A stretch of 63,518 bases of DNA, the filler included, from Octopus bimaculoides (taxonomy: Eukaryota): assembly GCF_001194135.2 (NCBI RefSeq). It is 6 parts of 4 records of this genome, joined end to end, with 100 filler letters (N's around TTAATTAATTAA, not from the genome) between each part and the next. Parts side by side here need not be neighbours in the genome. Positions count along the whole stretch, not along the records: positions 2,869 to 26,131 come from NC_068981.1; positions 26,232 to 45,513 come from NC_068981.1; 4 more parts are not named here. The stretch is one strand, 5' to 3'. A model generated the notes under the pieces. The model saw only the letters and a program-made list of their open reading frames with translations. It did no database searches and was not told the origin of the DNA. Shown here piece after piece: positions 12,836 through 26,508 of this stretch. The number at the start of each line of letters is the position of its first letter. Within the stretch, counting starts at the first letter, position 1. The position numbers and the translations under genes were made by a program.

Positions 12836-15800
12836 CAACAATATTTTATATCTGAATGGCACTGACCTCCATTGCCAATCTTTCCACAAAGCAGTGCAGG
12901 AGCTGCCTGTACCTAGTCACTCTGCTTTCTAGAAATAGCAGCCAATTCTCCTGGAAGTCTTACCCTACCATCTTGGTAATACATAGTTGATGCATAATAT
13001 AGTCCTGGTTTCCCTATACACAAGAAAATAATGGGATGGTCATGGCAGGAACAGCTCTAGTCATAGACCTGCTTGATTAGGGCTGACCTTGGGCTAAATT
13101 ACTACAACAACAACAACAACAACTTCTGTTTCCGCCTGTGCCACTCTCATGAAACAGTAGTCTTGTTCTTGCCTTTGTGTTTTTCTTGTTTCCTTTTTTC
13201 TTAGCAGATGCCAAAGATATATAGTGTACTAAGCTCACGCTGTTAATTCTCACCAGGAGAGACAGAAATGAATGAGAAAGAAAGAAAGAATGAAGGAAGG
13301 AAGGAAAGAAAGAAAGAAAGTAAAGAGAAAGTGGAAGAAATCTTGGTCTTCTTGTTGCTACTACTGCTGTTTTCATGGGTGACTTGTGTTACCTACAAAT
13401 GAGATTCTCGCCTAACCTCAGACCCCTGTGCAAAGTTTAATCTTGCCATACACACACACACACACACATACATTAATATAAGCATGCACACACAAGCCTC
13501 TGTGTGTGTGTATATATACACACACACTCACACATACAAACACATTATTAATACATTTCTCTAGCTACAAGCCTCAAGTGTTTGTCACTTGATGTCTTTT
13601 TGACTGTAAACTTGACATTATACAAAACATCACCAGTCTTGATACAACACTGGAGATATATTACTGGAATGACTGAATATATAGACAGGCTTATAAGGAT
13701 ACACCTACACCTACACACACACACACACACACACAGACACACACACATACATAAATATATTGGAGAAAGTTTGTATGTCATCTTCTCCCCTCCCCTCTTA
13801 TATGTAACCATTGCTTGATTCTCCATTTGCACCACAGCATTGCATCTTTGTGTTTTACTGTTATACCTGCCTCTTTTGTCTCCTCACTGAAAGGTTTGTT
13901 ACTATGAGTCGTAGTCTTTCTTCCCTCCTTCCCTCTCTCTCTCTACAAATATACATATATAGATATACGTATATATATGTTGTTTACCAGGTGTGATTAA
14001 TGTTAATCTGCTGCTGCTGATTATGTATGTATGTATGTCAGCTAGAAATTAATATAACAAATGATTTTAATTTAGGCAGAAAGTCAAATTTTGTGGACGC
14101 ACATTCAAAATTATAGTGAGGATCAAATGTTCTCATGTATGCCACAATTTCATCTAAATGATCTTTCCTTTATCCCTAATGCCAGAGACAAAAATGGGGT
14201 TGCCACATGTACACATTTTGATCTAGTTAACATGTAAGATTCACTTCATCATATCTGCAGAGATTTCAGACTCTTGAAGGAAGAAAGGGCTCATCAGTAT
14301 TGTTAAAACCCAGGTAGTTAATGGTTCTTGAGGTGGCCTCACTTAGCATACAAGACAACAAATATATCCAAGATTCCAGATAGGTGAGGATGGGTAGCCT
14401 TCTTACAGAAGAACATAAAATGGTGCAGGCTTTTGTATTTTGGTTGGACAGTAAGAAATCAACAGCAGATAGATAGTTCCTTGCTACCTACTCCTGACCA
14501 AGACATTTAATGCATGCATCAGTTGTAAGTTTTCTCAATTCATTGATGTTCCACAAATATGTCATCAAAGATTCTGGTGCTGCAGTGTTTTCTCTGATGA
14601 AGCAAAACAGCTGCAATGAATTTACACAAGGTGATGCTTCAAGAGCAATGAAGTTTTCTACCAATTTTTCATCTTCCCATTCATGAAGGTACCCCAGCAT
14701 TCAGCAACTTACTATCCACTTGGAAAGTGGTCAGTGAGTTTACTTCACTCAAGTAACTTCCGTACAGCAAGTAAAAATTCAAAAGACACATTCATTGCTC
14801 ATAGCCTTTTCCAGCCTATGCTGATAAGGTCCCTTTGCAAAAACTGCAGAAAAAATTGCTGTATTATACACAAGCAAACTCTGAAGTTCTTGGACAGGAC
14901 ATTGCAGAATTTGTCTGAAAAAAGATCTCCGTTATGAGCAGTAACATTACTGTCAGTGTCTTAACAGGTTGAAGGTTCTTCTAGGAGGGTTGTTGGTCCT
15001 CTGCAGAATAGTTGGATGATGGGACTGTTGTCTTGGCAACAAGCTCTGCACATGATTTCTTCAGCTCTATGCATGATGATATTTCTGAAACTACTAACCT
15101 GGGATGTCCCCAGCCTCATCAAGCAAGAGCATGAAGCAAGCAAGAAGCAACAATACTGTCAGATGAATGCTATCAGACCTTGCCAGTGATCCCTAAAGAA
15201 ACAAAGCCAATGAAATCCAGGTTTGTCTTAAATTATCATTGTTTTGAACCGAAGTTAAAATCTTCAAATTGTCTATTAACATGATTTAATCATTCTGAAG
15301 ATACACTGTCAGGCGATATTGCCAAAAGTTTTTCACATGTTAGAGCAGGATGATTTCCTTCTGGCAATAATGATTCCATGAATCCAGCTCCCATAAATTC
15401 AATAGGTAAGATAGTAAAAGTTGAAGTGGTGTCGAAGGTGTATCTCAAACAGCAGCATCACACAAGTGGTTGTGAGAAAATAATGTTTGAATCTGTATCA
15501 ACAGGCAGTTGTTGCTGATGCTTCCAGGAAATGGTCATACCTGCAAAATAATAGGCTGTTCACTATCCTGCAAATTGTAAGATTCATTAGAACTTTCATG
15601 TTTTCTGCCACACAGACTTCAACTGATGAAAGGACCCCCAGTAATTTTGCTGCATGATTTCTATCAGTCACGGCTATGCAACAGGAGAAGACTAATAGTT
15701 AAAAAGTTTATGCTACATATCACTACTGTTTTTTCATTGGGTGCTCCAATGCAGAGACTGCAATTATACAGAATTTCACTCTTACCATCAGATGTGTCCT

Positions 15801-17734
15801 AATTTTTAAAACTGCATTTTCCAGAATATCTAAGCTTTGCTGCCACCACTGTCACCACCATCATCACCATCATCATTTAATGTGCACTTTTCCATTCTTG
15901 CTTAAATCAGATGAAATTTGTTGAGGGAGATCTTCTATGGCCAAATGCTCTTCCTGTTTCCATATCAATTAATAAATTCCTAGAGCAAACTTTGACAGTT
16001 GCCAGACTGCATCTTGAGGAATACTGCTTTTACTAATAGCCAATTTCATGTAAGATACTAACGTATTGAAACTCCCCACACCACCACCATAACATCTTTA
16101 TTTATAACCCTCTTCATAAAATCAAAAACATCAAGTATCCTGAGGGGTTGGCATGACAATGTTCAAGGGTGCCAAAGCTGTGATGGCTACAGATTTAATA
16201 TCATATGGCTGGAGCTCATTGCTACTACAGGTACAACATTGAGTTTTCAGACACTGCTGGTGCAGAACCTCTTATAATCTACACTAATTTATAAGTAGAA
16301 AATCCAAATTCTCACAACTGCCAGACTAGTTAACTGGAACCTTGCACAGACTAGTACCTCACACAATACAGTATTAACAAACTTGTATCATTTATACTAA
16401 TGTACAGCTCCCACTATTTCATTTAATTATTAAAGTAAATTTAATATTTGTTTCATTTAGTGTGTGGCCACCCATTGTTTAGAAAAATTGGTAATCTGGA
16501 ATGATTTTAGAACCAAAGATTCCAGAAAACCAATTTTGTATCTGTTTTTTCTCTCACTGCTTTCACTGATTCCCATGACACTCAGTTGCCTTCTAATTCT
16601 ATTATTATGTTTTTGAATTGGGAGCTTGAATCATAGTGAATATGTCATTAACTGATTATACAACCATGGACGCCAACTCTTATGGATGTGTTACAGTTAC
16701 TCCCTTGATAGAGCTTCGTGATCTAACTGTTAATCTTCTAAGGATTCCTCTGCTCAGCATCAGTGTAAAAAGCACCATCGGCTCAGTTGAGCTCTTCCTC
16801 TACCTCTTCACAATCTGCCATGCTGCAGTCCCATGATTTTGCCATGTCTCTGGCAGGGTGGCTGAATGGATGCTATGCATTGCCAAAGGGCAGCCTGTAA
16901 TTATGCAGGGCACAGTCATCACTCCATGAGGTAGTTTCAAAATACCTGCATACCCACTATCTGTTGTATCTGTATTTATATAATTTATCACCGAGAACCT
17001 TGTAGTTTCAATATCTGGATGTTTCAGTCTCCTCTAGGTATTCCAGTTTCCATACATTATCAGAAGAATTTATTTCCTTAAGTGGTTTACTTCCCAACAC
17101 CCCTGCTCAAATTATTATAAGAATTAAAGAAATTCAAGAATAAGTGATAATAGTGTTGGTTCACATCTTATTCCAGTGTTAGTCAATTTAATTTAATTAC
17201 ATATATGTTATTTACACAATTAAATTAGAAAATATATTTTTGATAATGAGTGCTTAGCACAGTGCATTAGGCACTGGACTGTTAGGAAAGTATTGGCAAA
17301 CAAATTCATTTCTTACATGAAACATCATAACTTTTTTTGTTTGTTGTTCATTCTGGGCCATTTATAGTTAGTTTCCAAATTGAGCATTCACATTCTATTG
17401 TGTGCGTATGTGTGTATGTATGTATGTATGTATGTATGTATGTATGTATGTATGTATGCATGTATGTATCTGGCTGCCTACATGCTGCTTATCTGTCACT
17501 CTCTCTTTCTCTCTCTTTACATATATATATTTACACATACATTGACTGACAAACAGGTAGACAGTGAAACAGGAAAGACAGATTGATCGAAAAGATAAAC
17601 TGATAGATAGATCGATAAGACAGAAATAACAGATAAATCGATCAGGTAAGCTAGGAAGAACATACATTAGTAGAAAATACAGACAGGAAATGGGGAGAGT
17701 TTCTAAATGTTATTTACAAAAATGAAAAATGATA

Positions 17735-18550
17735 ATAATAATAATCCTTTCCACTATAGGCACAGGGTCTGAAGTTTTAGAGAGGGAAGCTAGTCAATTA
17801 CATTGATTTCAGGGCTAAACTAGCACTTATTTTATCGACCGCAAAAGTATGATAGGCAAAGTCAACCTCTATGGAGTTTGAACTCAGAACATAAAGACAG
17901 ATGAATAATAATAATTATGATAATCACTTCAAATTTCGCTACAAGGGCAGCAATTAAGTCAACTTTGGTGGAATTTGAACTCAGAATGTAAAGATGTTTG
18001 AAATTCCACTAAGCTTTTGACCCGGTGTGCTAATGATTCTACTACAGGCACAAGGCCTGAAATTTGCAGGAGGGGTTAAGTCGATTACATCAACTTCACT
18101 GCGTAACTGGGACTTATCTAACTGACCCCGAAAGTATGAAAAGCAAACTTGACTTCAGAAGAATTTGAACTCAGAATGTAAAGACAGACGAAATACTAAA
18201 CATTTTGGCTTATTTTATTGATTCTAAAAGGATGAAAGGCAAAGATGACCTTGGTAGAATTTGAACTGAGAATGTAAATACCATGGGGCATTTTGTCCGG
18301 CATGCTAACAACCAGCTCACTGCCCTCCCTAGTAATAATGATAATAATATTGATTTCAAATTTTGGTGGGAGGAGTAAGTTAATTACATCAACTCCAGTG
18401 CTCAACAGTTATTTATTTTGCCGATCCCATAAAGATAAAAAGACAAAGTCAACCTCCGCAGAATTTCAACTCAGAACATAAAGAAGAATGAAAAGCCACT
18501 AAGCATTTTGCCTGGTGTGCCAACAATTCTGCCAGCTTGCCACCTTAGTG

Positions 18551-18616
<66 letters not shown>

Positions 18617-18690
18617 TTGATTTCTGATAATAGCTCAAGCTCACAAATGTCAGGAGAGTGGCATAGTCTACTAAAATCAACAACAATTCA
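17735..18690 (-). mobile_element. Tandem pile-up of about 5-6 truncated copies of a third SINE family separated by (AAT)n
   Basis: GGATGAAAGGCAAAGTCAACC...GAATTTGAACTCAGAA and AAGTCxATTACAT modules recur repeatedly. Fuller copies are at 21420-21620 (+), 37318-37530 (+) and 49335-49560 (+). Confidence 0.75.
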
Positions 18691-19224
18691 TTTATNNNNN
18701 NNNNNNNNNNNNNNNNNNNNNNNNNNNNNNNNNNNNNNNNNNNNNNNNNNNNNNNNNNNNNNNNNNNNNNNNNNNNNNNNNNNNNNNNNNNNNNNNNNNN
18801 NNNNNNNNNNNNNNNNNNNNNNNNNNNNNNNNNNNNNNNNNNNNNNNNNNNNNNNNNNNNNNNNNNNNNNNNNNNNNNATATATATATATATACAAGTCT
18901 TCCTTTACCTCCTCCCACCAATTTTGAATGCAGTCACAGGACTGCAGGCCTGATACACAGCATATCTTGGGCATTTTTTTGAAATCTGGAAAAGCTCATC
19001 CTTCTCTAAACCAGCACACAGAAAGAGAGAGAGAAAGTGAAAAGAATCGACCACCCAATACTGGGAGTGGTACTTTATTTACTGACTCTGAATAGTTAGA
19101 AAGGCAAAGTTGACTTGAAAAGCATTTGAACTTGGAGTGTAGGGAGCTGGATTGAATATTGCAAGGCATTTTATTGGCTACTTGTAATGACTCAGCTAAC
19201 TCATTCCCTATATATCTGTGTGTG

Positions 19225-19480
19225 TGTGAGTGAATGGATGAATGACTGAAAGAATGAATGAAGAAACAAATGAATGAATGAAAGAACAAAAGAACAAATG
19301 AGTGAATGAATGGCTTACTGAGGGAATGAATGAAAGAATAAATGAATGAATGGGTCAATGACTGAATTAAAGAACAAATGAGTAAATGAATGAGTGAATG
19401 AATGGAAGAACGAATGAGTGAATTAATGGATGAATGAAAAAGTGAATGAAGCGATAAATGAATCAATCATTGAAGGAATG
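19225..19480. repeat. Degenerate (GAAT)n microsatellite
   Basis: Visible directly. Confidence 0.9.
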
Positions 19481-19944
19481 AAAGACAATGACAATTTTCA
19501 ACTAACAATCACTACACCTCTGCTATATCCCCATTGGATGTATCATTTATTTTCAATCAAGATTTAGCTCATTGACATCAATCTGTCGGCATTTAAATTC
19601 ATTTAATTGACTCATGTGTGTAAGGAGCACACATCAAGCCACATGAGATTTGATCTCAGAAACATAGAGACAATGAGACTAAATTCTACCAAATATTTAC
19701 CCTGCCCTGCTACTAGTTCTGCTAATTCATCTCATAATGATAGTCATTATTTCTAAATGTCTGAGATGAGTCGTTATAATTTTCCAGGCTATTAACCCCA
19801 TCATTAGAGTGTATATTTACAGGATTTATTTCTAAACTGTTGTAAATGATATTCATCTACTTATTTATTTCCTACTTACCTTTGCAATCTTTGGTTCCAC
19901 TTCACTTATGTACATCTCTCTCTAACTTGAGTGTGTACTCCTTC

Positions 19945-19994
<50 letters not shown>

Positions 19995-21959
19995 CTATCT
20001 CTTTCCTCTATTTCTCCACTCTCTCTCTCTCTCTCCACTATTTCTCCCCTCTGTCTCTCTCTCTCCTCTATTTCTGTCACTATCTCTATACACTATCTCT
20101 CCTCTCCCTCCACTATCTCTCTCTCCTTCCACTATCTCCCTTCTCTCTCCTACTGATCTAACCACATATCTCCTACTACAAGACACCTAATTCTGTCTCT
20201 CTATTCATACACAAACCTCTCATCCCCTGGCACAAAACCACCTCCATCAATACTACACCCCACCCTCAGTTGGGGGACCTCTTGTCTTGCAAATTACTTG
20301 GTGACCTCACTAGTACTGGTGCCACATAAAAAGCACCCAGTCCACTTTGTAATGTAGTTGGCCTCACAAAGAGCATCTAGCCATAGAAAGCATGCCAAAG
20401 TAGATAGTAGGACTTGGCACTGTCTTCTGGCTTATCAACTCTTATCAAACTGTCCAGCCCGTACCATGGAAGGAAGACATTAAACGATGATGATAATGAA
20501 TGTGTGTGTGTGTGTGTGTGTGTGGATATATGCATAGCTGAGTGGTTAAGAGGTTTGCTTCTCAGCAACATGACCTTGGGTTCAGTTCCATTGTGTAACA
20601 CCTTGCATGAGTGTTTTGTGTTGTGAATTTTCATCACCCCAAGCAGGTCAGTGTAACTAAGTTGTTCAAATCAGTGTGGGGAGTTGTTGGGTAGATTGTA
20701 GCTGTAATGGTCAAAGTTGATCACATATCACATCATCTGTTGTCATTTACTTGTTTCAAGTCATCGGACAGTAGCTTAGAAGGATTTAGTTGAACAAATC
20801 AACCCCAGTAATTGTTTTTTAAAGACTGGTACCACACAGCAAGACGGAACCCAGAACTATATGGTTGGGAAGCAAATTTCTTGCCACACATTCAAGCCTG
20901 CTAACTTGATCTGAAAATATTTTCTACATGTCTATGAAATACTCAGCCACTTACACATTAATTTAATGAGTAGGGAATAAGTAAGTAGGTAATGAATGCA
21001 CATTGACAATACTAATAAATAATCCATCCTCATCATCCTCATCAACATCATCATCATTATCATATGTCCATGTGTGTATCATGTGCATGCATGTATGTGT
21101 ATATATACAGAGGCATACAGAATATAATTGTGTCTGTGTGTAATACATATGTGCGCAAATACACACACATACATATACTTATACAAATATACAGAGTAAG
21201 GTGTATATGTTTATACAAACAAATCGATTTTATACATAAACCTAACAAATTGATATCTTCCAGCATTGGTAAAATAATCCAGATACAATGTATCGTTTCA
21301 TATATTATATAATAATATTGCAGTTATAATCTGGTAAAATATCAATGAAATAATTGTAGAATTATGCAATAAAATGAATTGCTTATTCCACCTTCCTCGT
21401 TAATATTTATATACAAACATAAGCTGGTGAGCTGGCAGAATTGTTAGCACACTAGGAAAAATGCTTAGTGTTATTTCATCCATCTTTACATTCTGTGTTC
21501 AAATTCCACCAAGGTCAACTTTGCCTTTCATTCCTTTTGGGTCAATGAAATAAATATGTAATTGACTTATTCCCTCCCATTAAATTGCTGGCCTTGTGCA
21601 AAAATGTGGAACTAATATTTATATACAAGCATGCGTACATACACATATGCACAGCTGTCATTGTGTGGTTGACCAGTTTGCTTCTTGTCCTTATGGCTTC
21701 AAGTTCAGTTCCACAGTATGGCAGCTTTGACAATGTCTCTAATTGACCAAACTATTGCAAGTAGATTTGGTAGACAGAAATTGAAAGAAGCCCATTATGT
21801 TGAGGAATAACTGATTATCTTATGAACTCCATTAGCTTACAGCTGTTTCTACTATAAGATGCAGTGGACCCATAGTTGAATGCCTGAGTAATACCTTGCA
21901 GTTTCATCAGAACCTCAGACATGAAGTATGTATGTATGTATGTAGATCTTTTATCTTTA

Positions 21960-22220
21960 TCTTATTTCAGTCATTTGACTGTGGCCATGCTGGAGCACCA
22001 CCTTAAAGGGTTTTAGTCAAACAAATTAACTCCAGGACTTATTTTTTTTTTAGGCCTCGTACATATTCTATCAGTCTCTTTTGCTGAACCACTAAGTTAC
22101 AGGAATGTAAACATACTGACACTGGTTGTCAAGTGGTGGTGGTGGGGGACAAACACAGAGAAAAAGACACACAAACATATATATGACAGGCTTCTTTCAG
22201 TTTTCATCTACAAAATCCAC
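21960..22220 (-). mobile_element. SINE (main family), CpG-decayed copy
   Basis: Reverse-complement homolog of 300-590; similar copies at 24740-25080 (+) and 25560-25800 (-). Confidence 0.7.
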
Positions 22221-22221
22221 T

Positions 22222-22908
22222 GTGAGAAAAACAGCACCATGACACAATTCACTCAGCCAGAAATTTGGAAACGGCATGCTCTACTGCTTAGCATTCATGC
22301 CAGAAGCTCCAATACAAACAGATGGTGAACACACAGAAACACTGTTAGCTTGCCGTGTCCCCAAAACATGTACCAAGAGGGATAAAAATCAAACATCCGG
22401 TCAACATCATGGGGTTTGAAGAGACCACTAGTGATGGCAACATTGTGCTTCTATTCGTCTTCCCACACAGCCTCAGACTCAACACAGAGGTCTACATCAA
22501 GTGCCTGGGTCAAGAGGGTGGCCAGTGGAAGACCCTATGTCTGGCAACAGGACTCTGTACCATGCCACACACGCAGGAGAACCCAGTCATGGCTGTCAGA
22601 CAATTTCTACAATCACATCACCCCTAGCATCTAGCCACCTAACTCTCCAGACTGTGAGAGACCAGGCAAGGATTATAACAGCATTCACCAACTTCAACAA
22701 GGAGAATATCCAGAAGAGTTGCAGGAGATTCCAAAGTTGTCTGGAGGCTGTCGTTGAAGTCAATGCTGATTTTATTGAATAAATTTACTCTTTAGTATTT
22801 CAAGATATTTTTATGTAATTTTGGTAAATATATCTGTTAAAATGAGACGTCAGTATTATTTCCATTTTTGCATAAGTTAGATGACAATATATTCACTGCA
22901 CCCTGTGT
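22222..22908 (+). mobile_element. Internally deleted maT (DD37D) Tc1/mariner transposon remnant
   Basis: N-terminus MTQFTQPEIWKRHALL. Catalytic remnants KHPVNIM, WVKRVASGRPYVWQQDSVPCH and AFTNFNKENIQKSCRRFQSCLEAVVEVNADFIE*. The 3' TIR ...GCACCCTGT lies in a TA tract. Confidence 0.85.
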
Positions 22909-22956
22909 ATATATATGATTTGTGTGTATATATATATACACACACACATATACACG

Positions 22957-23023
<67 letters not shown>

Positions 23024-23768
23024 ATATGTAAGTTTGTGTATAGATATGCGTATATTTATTGCCTGGCGTCCATTCCTTGGTTTCCACTCCTGTGTGAACC
23101 ACAAACCACTTTGCTGATGGTGCTATATTACAGTATGACACAACAGGCATAAAATACTCATATTCTCACAGCCCTGTATAGTACCACCATCCCAGCTCAA
23201 TTGATGTACAAAACTGTTTGCCTATAGCACAATGTTTTAATATATATTTCTGTTTTATTTTAGTTTCTCTTTTTCTTCTTGTTATTATTTAATTGTTATT
23301 TTGTACGTGGTAGGTTTTTGTTTCTGATTGTTAATGCTGTTGATGTTGTTGACGTATTTGTTTTGGTTTAGGCTTATCAAATATTAGGGTTTGCTTTTAT
23401 TGAAATAATGTGTGTGCTGTATGGAGGAAAATAGATGATTTACATGAGGGAGAAAAAGCATAATGCCACTGCTAAGATATATNNNNNNNNNNNNNNNNNN
23501 NNNNNNNNNNNNNNNNNNNNNNNNNNNNNNNNNNNNNNNNNNNNNNNNNNNNNNNNNNNNNNNNNNNNNNNNNNNNNNNNNNNNNNNNNNNNNNNNNNNN
23601 NNNNNNNNNNNNNNNNNNNNNNNNNNNNNNNNNNNNNNNNNNNNNNNNNNNNNNNNNNNNNNNNNNNNNNNNNNNNNNNNNNNNNNNNNNNNNNNNNNNN
23701 NNNNNNNNNNNNNNNNNNNNNNNNNNNNNNNNNNNNNNNNNNNNNNNNNNNNNNNNNNNNNNNNNNNN

Positions 23769-23815
<47 letters not shown>

Positions 23816-24841
23816 CATATACATATACATACATATACATACATACATATACATACATACATATCTTTATATATGTATATTTATAAATACACGTGTATGT
23901 TTATGTGTGTCTCTATATATATGTATACATGCATGCATGTATGTATCTATACAGATACGTATACATACATGTATGTGTGTGTGTATATAAATCTATATGT
24001 GTGTGTGTATATATATCTATATATGTATGTGTCTGTATGTATGTGTATATATGTGTGTGTTATATATATATATATATATATATAAAGGAGATGAGTGTGG
24101 TGTCAGGGAATATAATGGAGCTGATATAACAGTGATGGTAATGGTGGTGGTGGTGGTGGTGGTGGTGGTGGTGGTGGTGGAAACACTGGTTGAGAAAACA
24201 ATGGTAGAAAGTCTCTTGTTAGGACTTGAACATTTAGTTGTTGTTATTGTTGATGTTGTGGTCCAAGTGGTTTTATTGTATGAAATAATGGTAAACATGT
24301 TGTTCATGGCTCCGACAAATTTGAATTTGATGATAGCTTTAATGAAATTGGTTGTCAGCTGCAGCATATTGCTATTGCTGAAATTTGTGATGGTGAGTTG
24401 TACCATATGCCATGGAATTGATGGTAAGACAACAAATTGTACAGGCATGACTGTACAGTTAAGGAGCTCGCTTTGCAGCCATTTGTAGTTCCAGATTCAG
24501 TTCTATAAAGGTAAAAAGTAAAGTTACCTTCATAAGTTTCCTGGTTTCATGGCGCATATATTCTCCACCTGGATGGGACACCAGTCTGTTGCAGGATTAC
24601 TCATTTTTGTCAGCTGAGTGGACTGGGGCAATGCAAAATGAAGTGTTTTGCTTGAGAACACAACACGTTGCCCGGTCCAGGAATCGAAACCACAATCTTT
24701 CAATCATGAGTCTAACACCCCTAAACACTAAGCCACATGCCTCTACTTCCAGGTTCAGTTCCACTACATAAACCAACCAATGCCTTGTGAGTGGACTCTG
24801 TTGGTGGAAACTATGTGGAAGCCCATTATGTGTGTGTGTGT

Positions 24842-24885
<44 letters not shown>

Positions 24886-25801
24886 TGTTTTTTGCTTGTC
24901 CCACCACTACCACTTGACAACTGCTGTTGCTGTTGTCTGCATCTCTGTAACTTAACTTAGTGGTTCAGCAAAGATTTCTGATAGAATAAGTAGAAAACTT
25001 CAAACCATTAAGTATAAGTACTAGGGTTGATTTGTTCAACTAAACCCTTGAGGGCAGTGCTTCCAGGATCCTGTAGTCAAGTAAAAGAAGGAAGACATAT
25101 GCAAGTGAATGATCCTCACAAAGAAAAGAACTTTATCATTTGAGGATGCATGAAATGCAACAGAGATCAGTGAACTGTCCCCAGAAGTTTTAGAAAAGAT
25201 TTTGATGATGACCTCCATGTCAGCGCTGTCATCATCATCATTTAAGGCAGTGCCTCAACATGGCAGCAGTTTAATAACTGAAACAAGTAAAAGATTTATG
25301 GTTATAAAAAGGAGAAATGTAGATAGCGCTGTTGATTATAGTGAAGCAATGGTTATGGTGGCAGCAGTATGTGTTTGTTGGTTGAATTATGTAAGAAGCA
25401 GTTCATTCTAAAGATAACAATGCTGGTCGTGGTGGTAGTAGTAGTGGTGGAAGTGGTGGTGACCATGGTTGTTGTTGTTGATTACAGAGGATTTCAATTA
25501 GGGATTACACTTGGGGTGTCTTACTTTTGATAGAAACTGAGGTGATAATCTGACTGGCAGCAATCTTTTATCTTTTGTTTGTTTTAGTCATTAAACTGTG
25601 GCCATGCTGGGGCACCACGTTCATGACACTTTAGTTGAAACCTTTGATCCCGATATTTAATTTTGTTAAGCCTGGTACTCTCCTTATTCTATCAGTTTGC
25701 TTTGCTGTACTGTTAAGTTACAGAGACATAAACACACCAACACTGGTTGTCAAGCGATGTTGTGGGTGAGGTGGGGGACAGCTACAGGCACACACACATG
25801 C

Positions 25802-25852
<51 letters not shown>

Positions 25853-25856
<4 letters not shown>

Positions 25857-26123
25857 GGATGTGCAAAAGTAGGTATACAGTATCACATTAATGTCATAAT
25901 ACTCAATTCATTAAAATTTTATTATGTCTGGAGAGTATCATAAAAATTATTAGTACATCAAATTAGCCTCATTTTTGATATTTTCAGTGTCATTAATCAT
26001 AATAATACATTTATCATATAACTATAATGATACTTTTTATCGTAACTTTTTTTCATAAAAATAAATGACTATTGAACATGTTTTCTTTTTTCATAACTGT
26101 ATACCTACTTTTGCACTACCCTG
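25853..26123. mobile_element. Tc1-like MITE
   Basis: TIR core GTGCAAAAGTAGGTATACAGT at 25861-25881 and its reverse complement at 26096-26116; ends CAG...CTG followed by TA. Confidence 0.8.
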
Positions 26124-26131
26124 TATATATA

Positions 26132-26231
26132 NNNNNNNNNNNNNNNNNNNNNNNNNNNNNNNNNNNNNNNNNNNNTTAATTAATTAANNNNNNNNNNNNN
26201 NNNNNNNNNNNNNNNNNNNNNNNNNNNNNNN
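26132..26231. other. Artificial assembly spacer
   Basis: 44 N + TTAATTAATTAA (26176-26187) + 44 N. Confidence 0.95.
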
Positions 26232-26242
26232 GTTGTTGTTGT

Positions 26243-26299
<57 letters not shown>

Positions 26300-26474
26300 T
26301 ATTATTATTATTATTATAATTCAGGTCACTGCCTGGAATCGAACTCGGAATCTTGTCATATGGTACAAGGAAAGGAAGAAGGTAAAGATGGCAGAGCTGA
26401 TAATTTCCTTGGAAGCGAATGTCGAAGACACCTTTTGTGCATGTGGATACATGTACGCGCATATGCATGAGTAG

Positions 26475-26508
<34 letters not shown>

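Noticed and set aside
14488-14700. HEWEDEKL resembling the nAChR EWxDxxL motif
   Set aside because: It lacks the following W-x-P and YGG, and the true exon was found at 53137-53246.
24017-24488. Overlapping 143-aa and 163-aa ORFs on opposite strands
   Set aside because: They are inflated by flanking microsatellites and have no recognisable domain or convincing splice sites.
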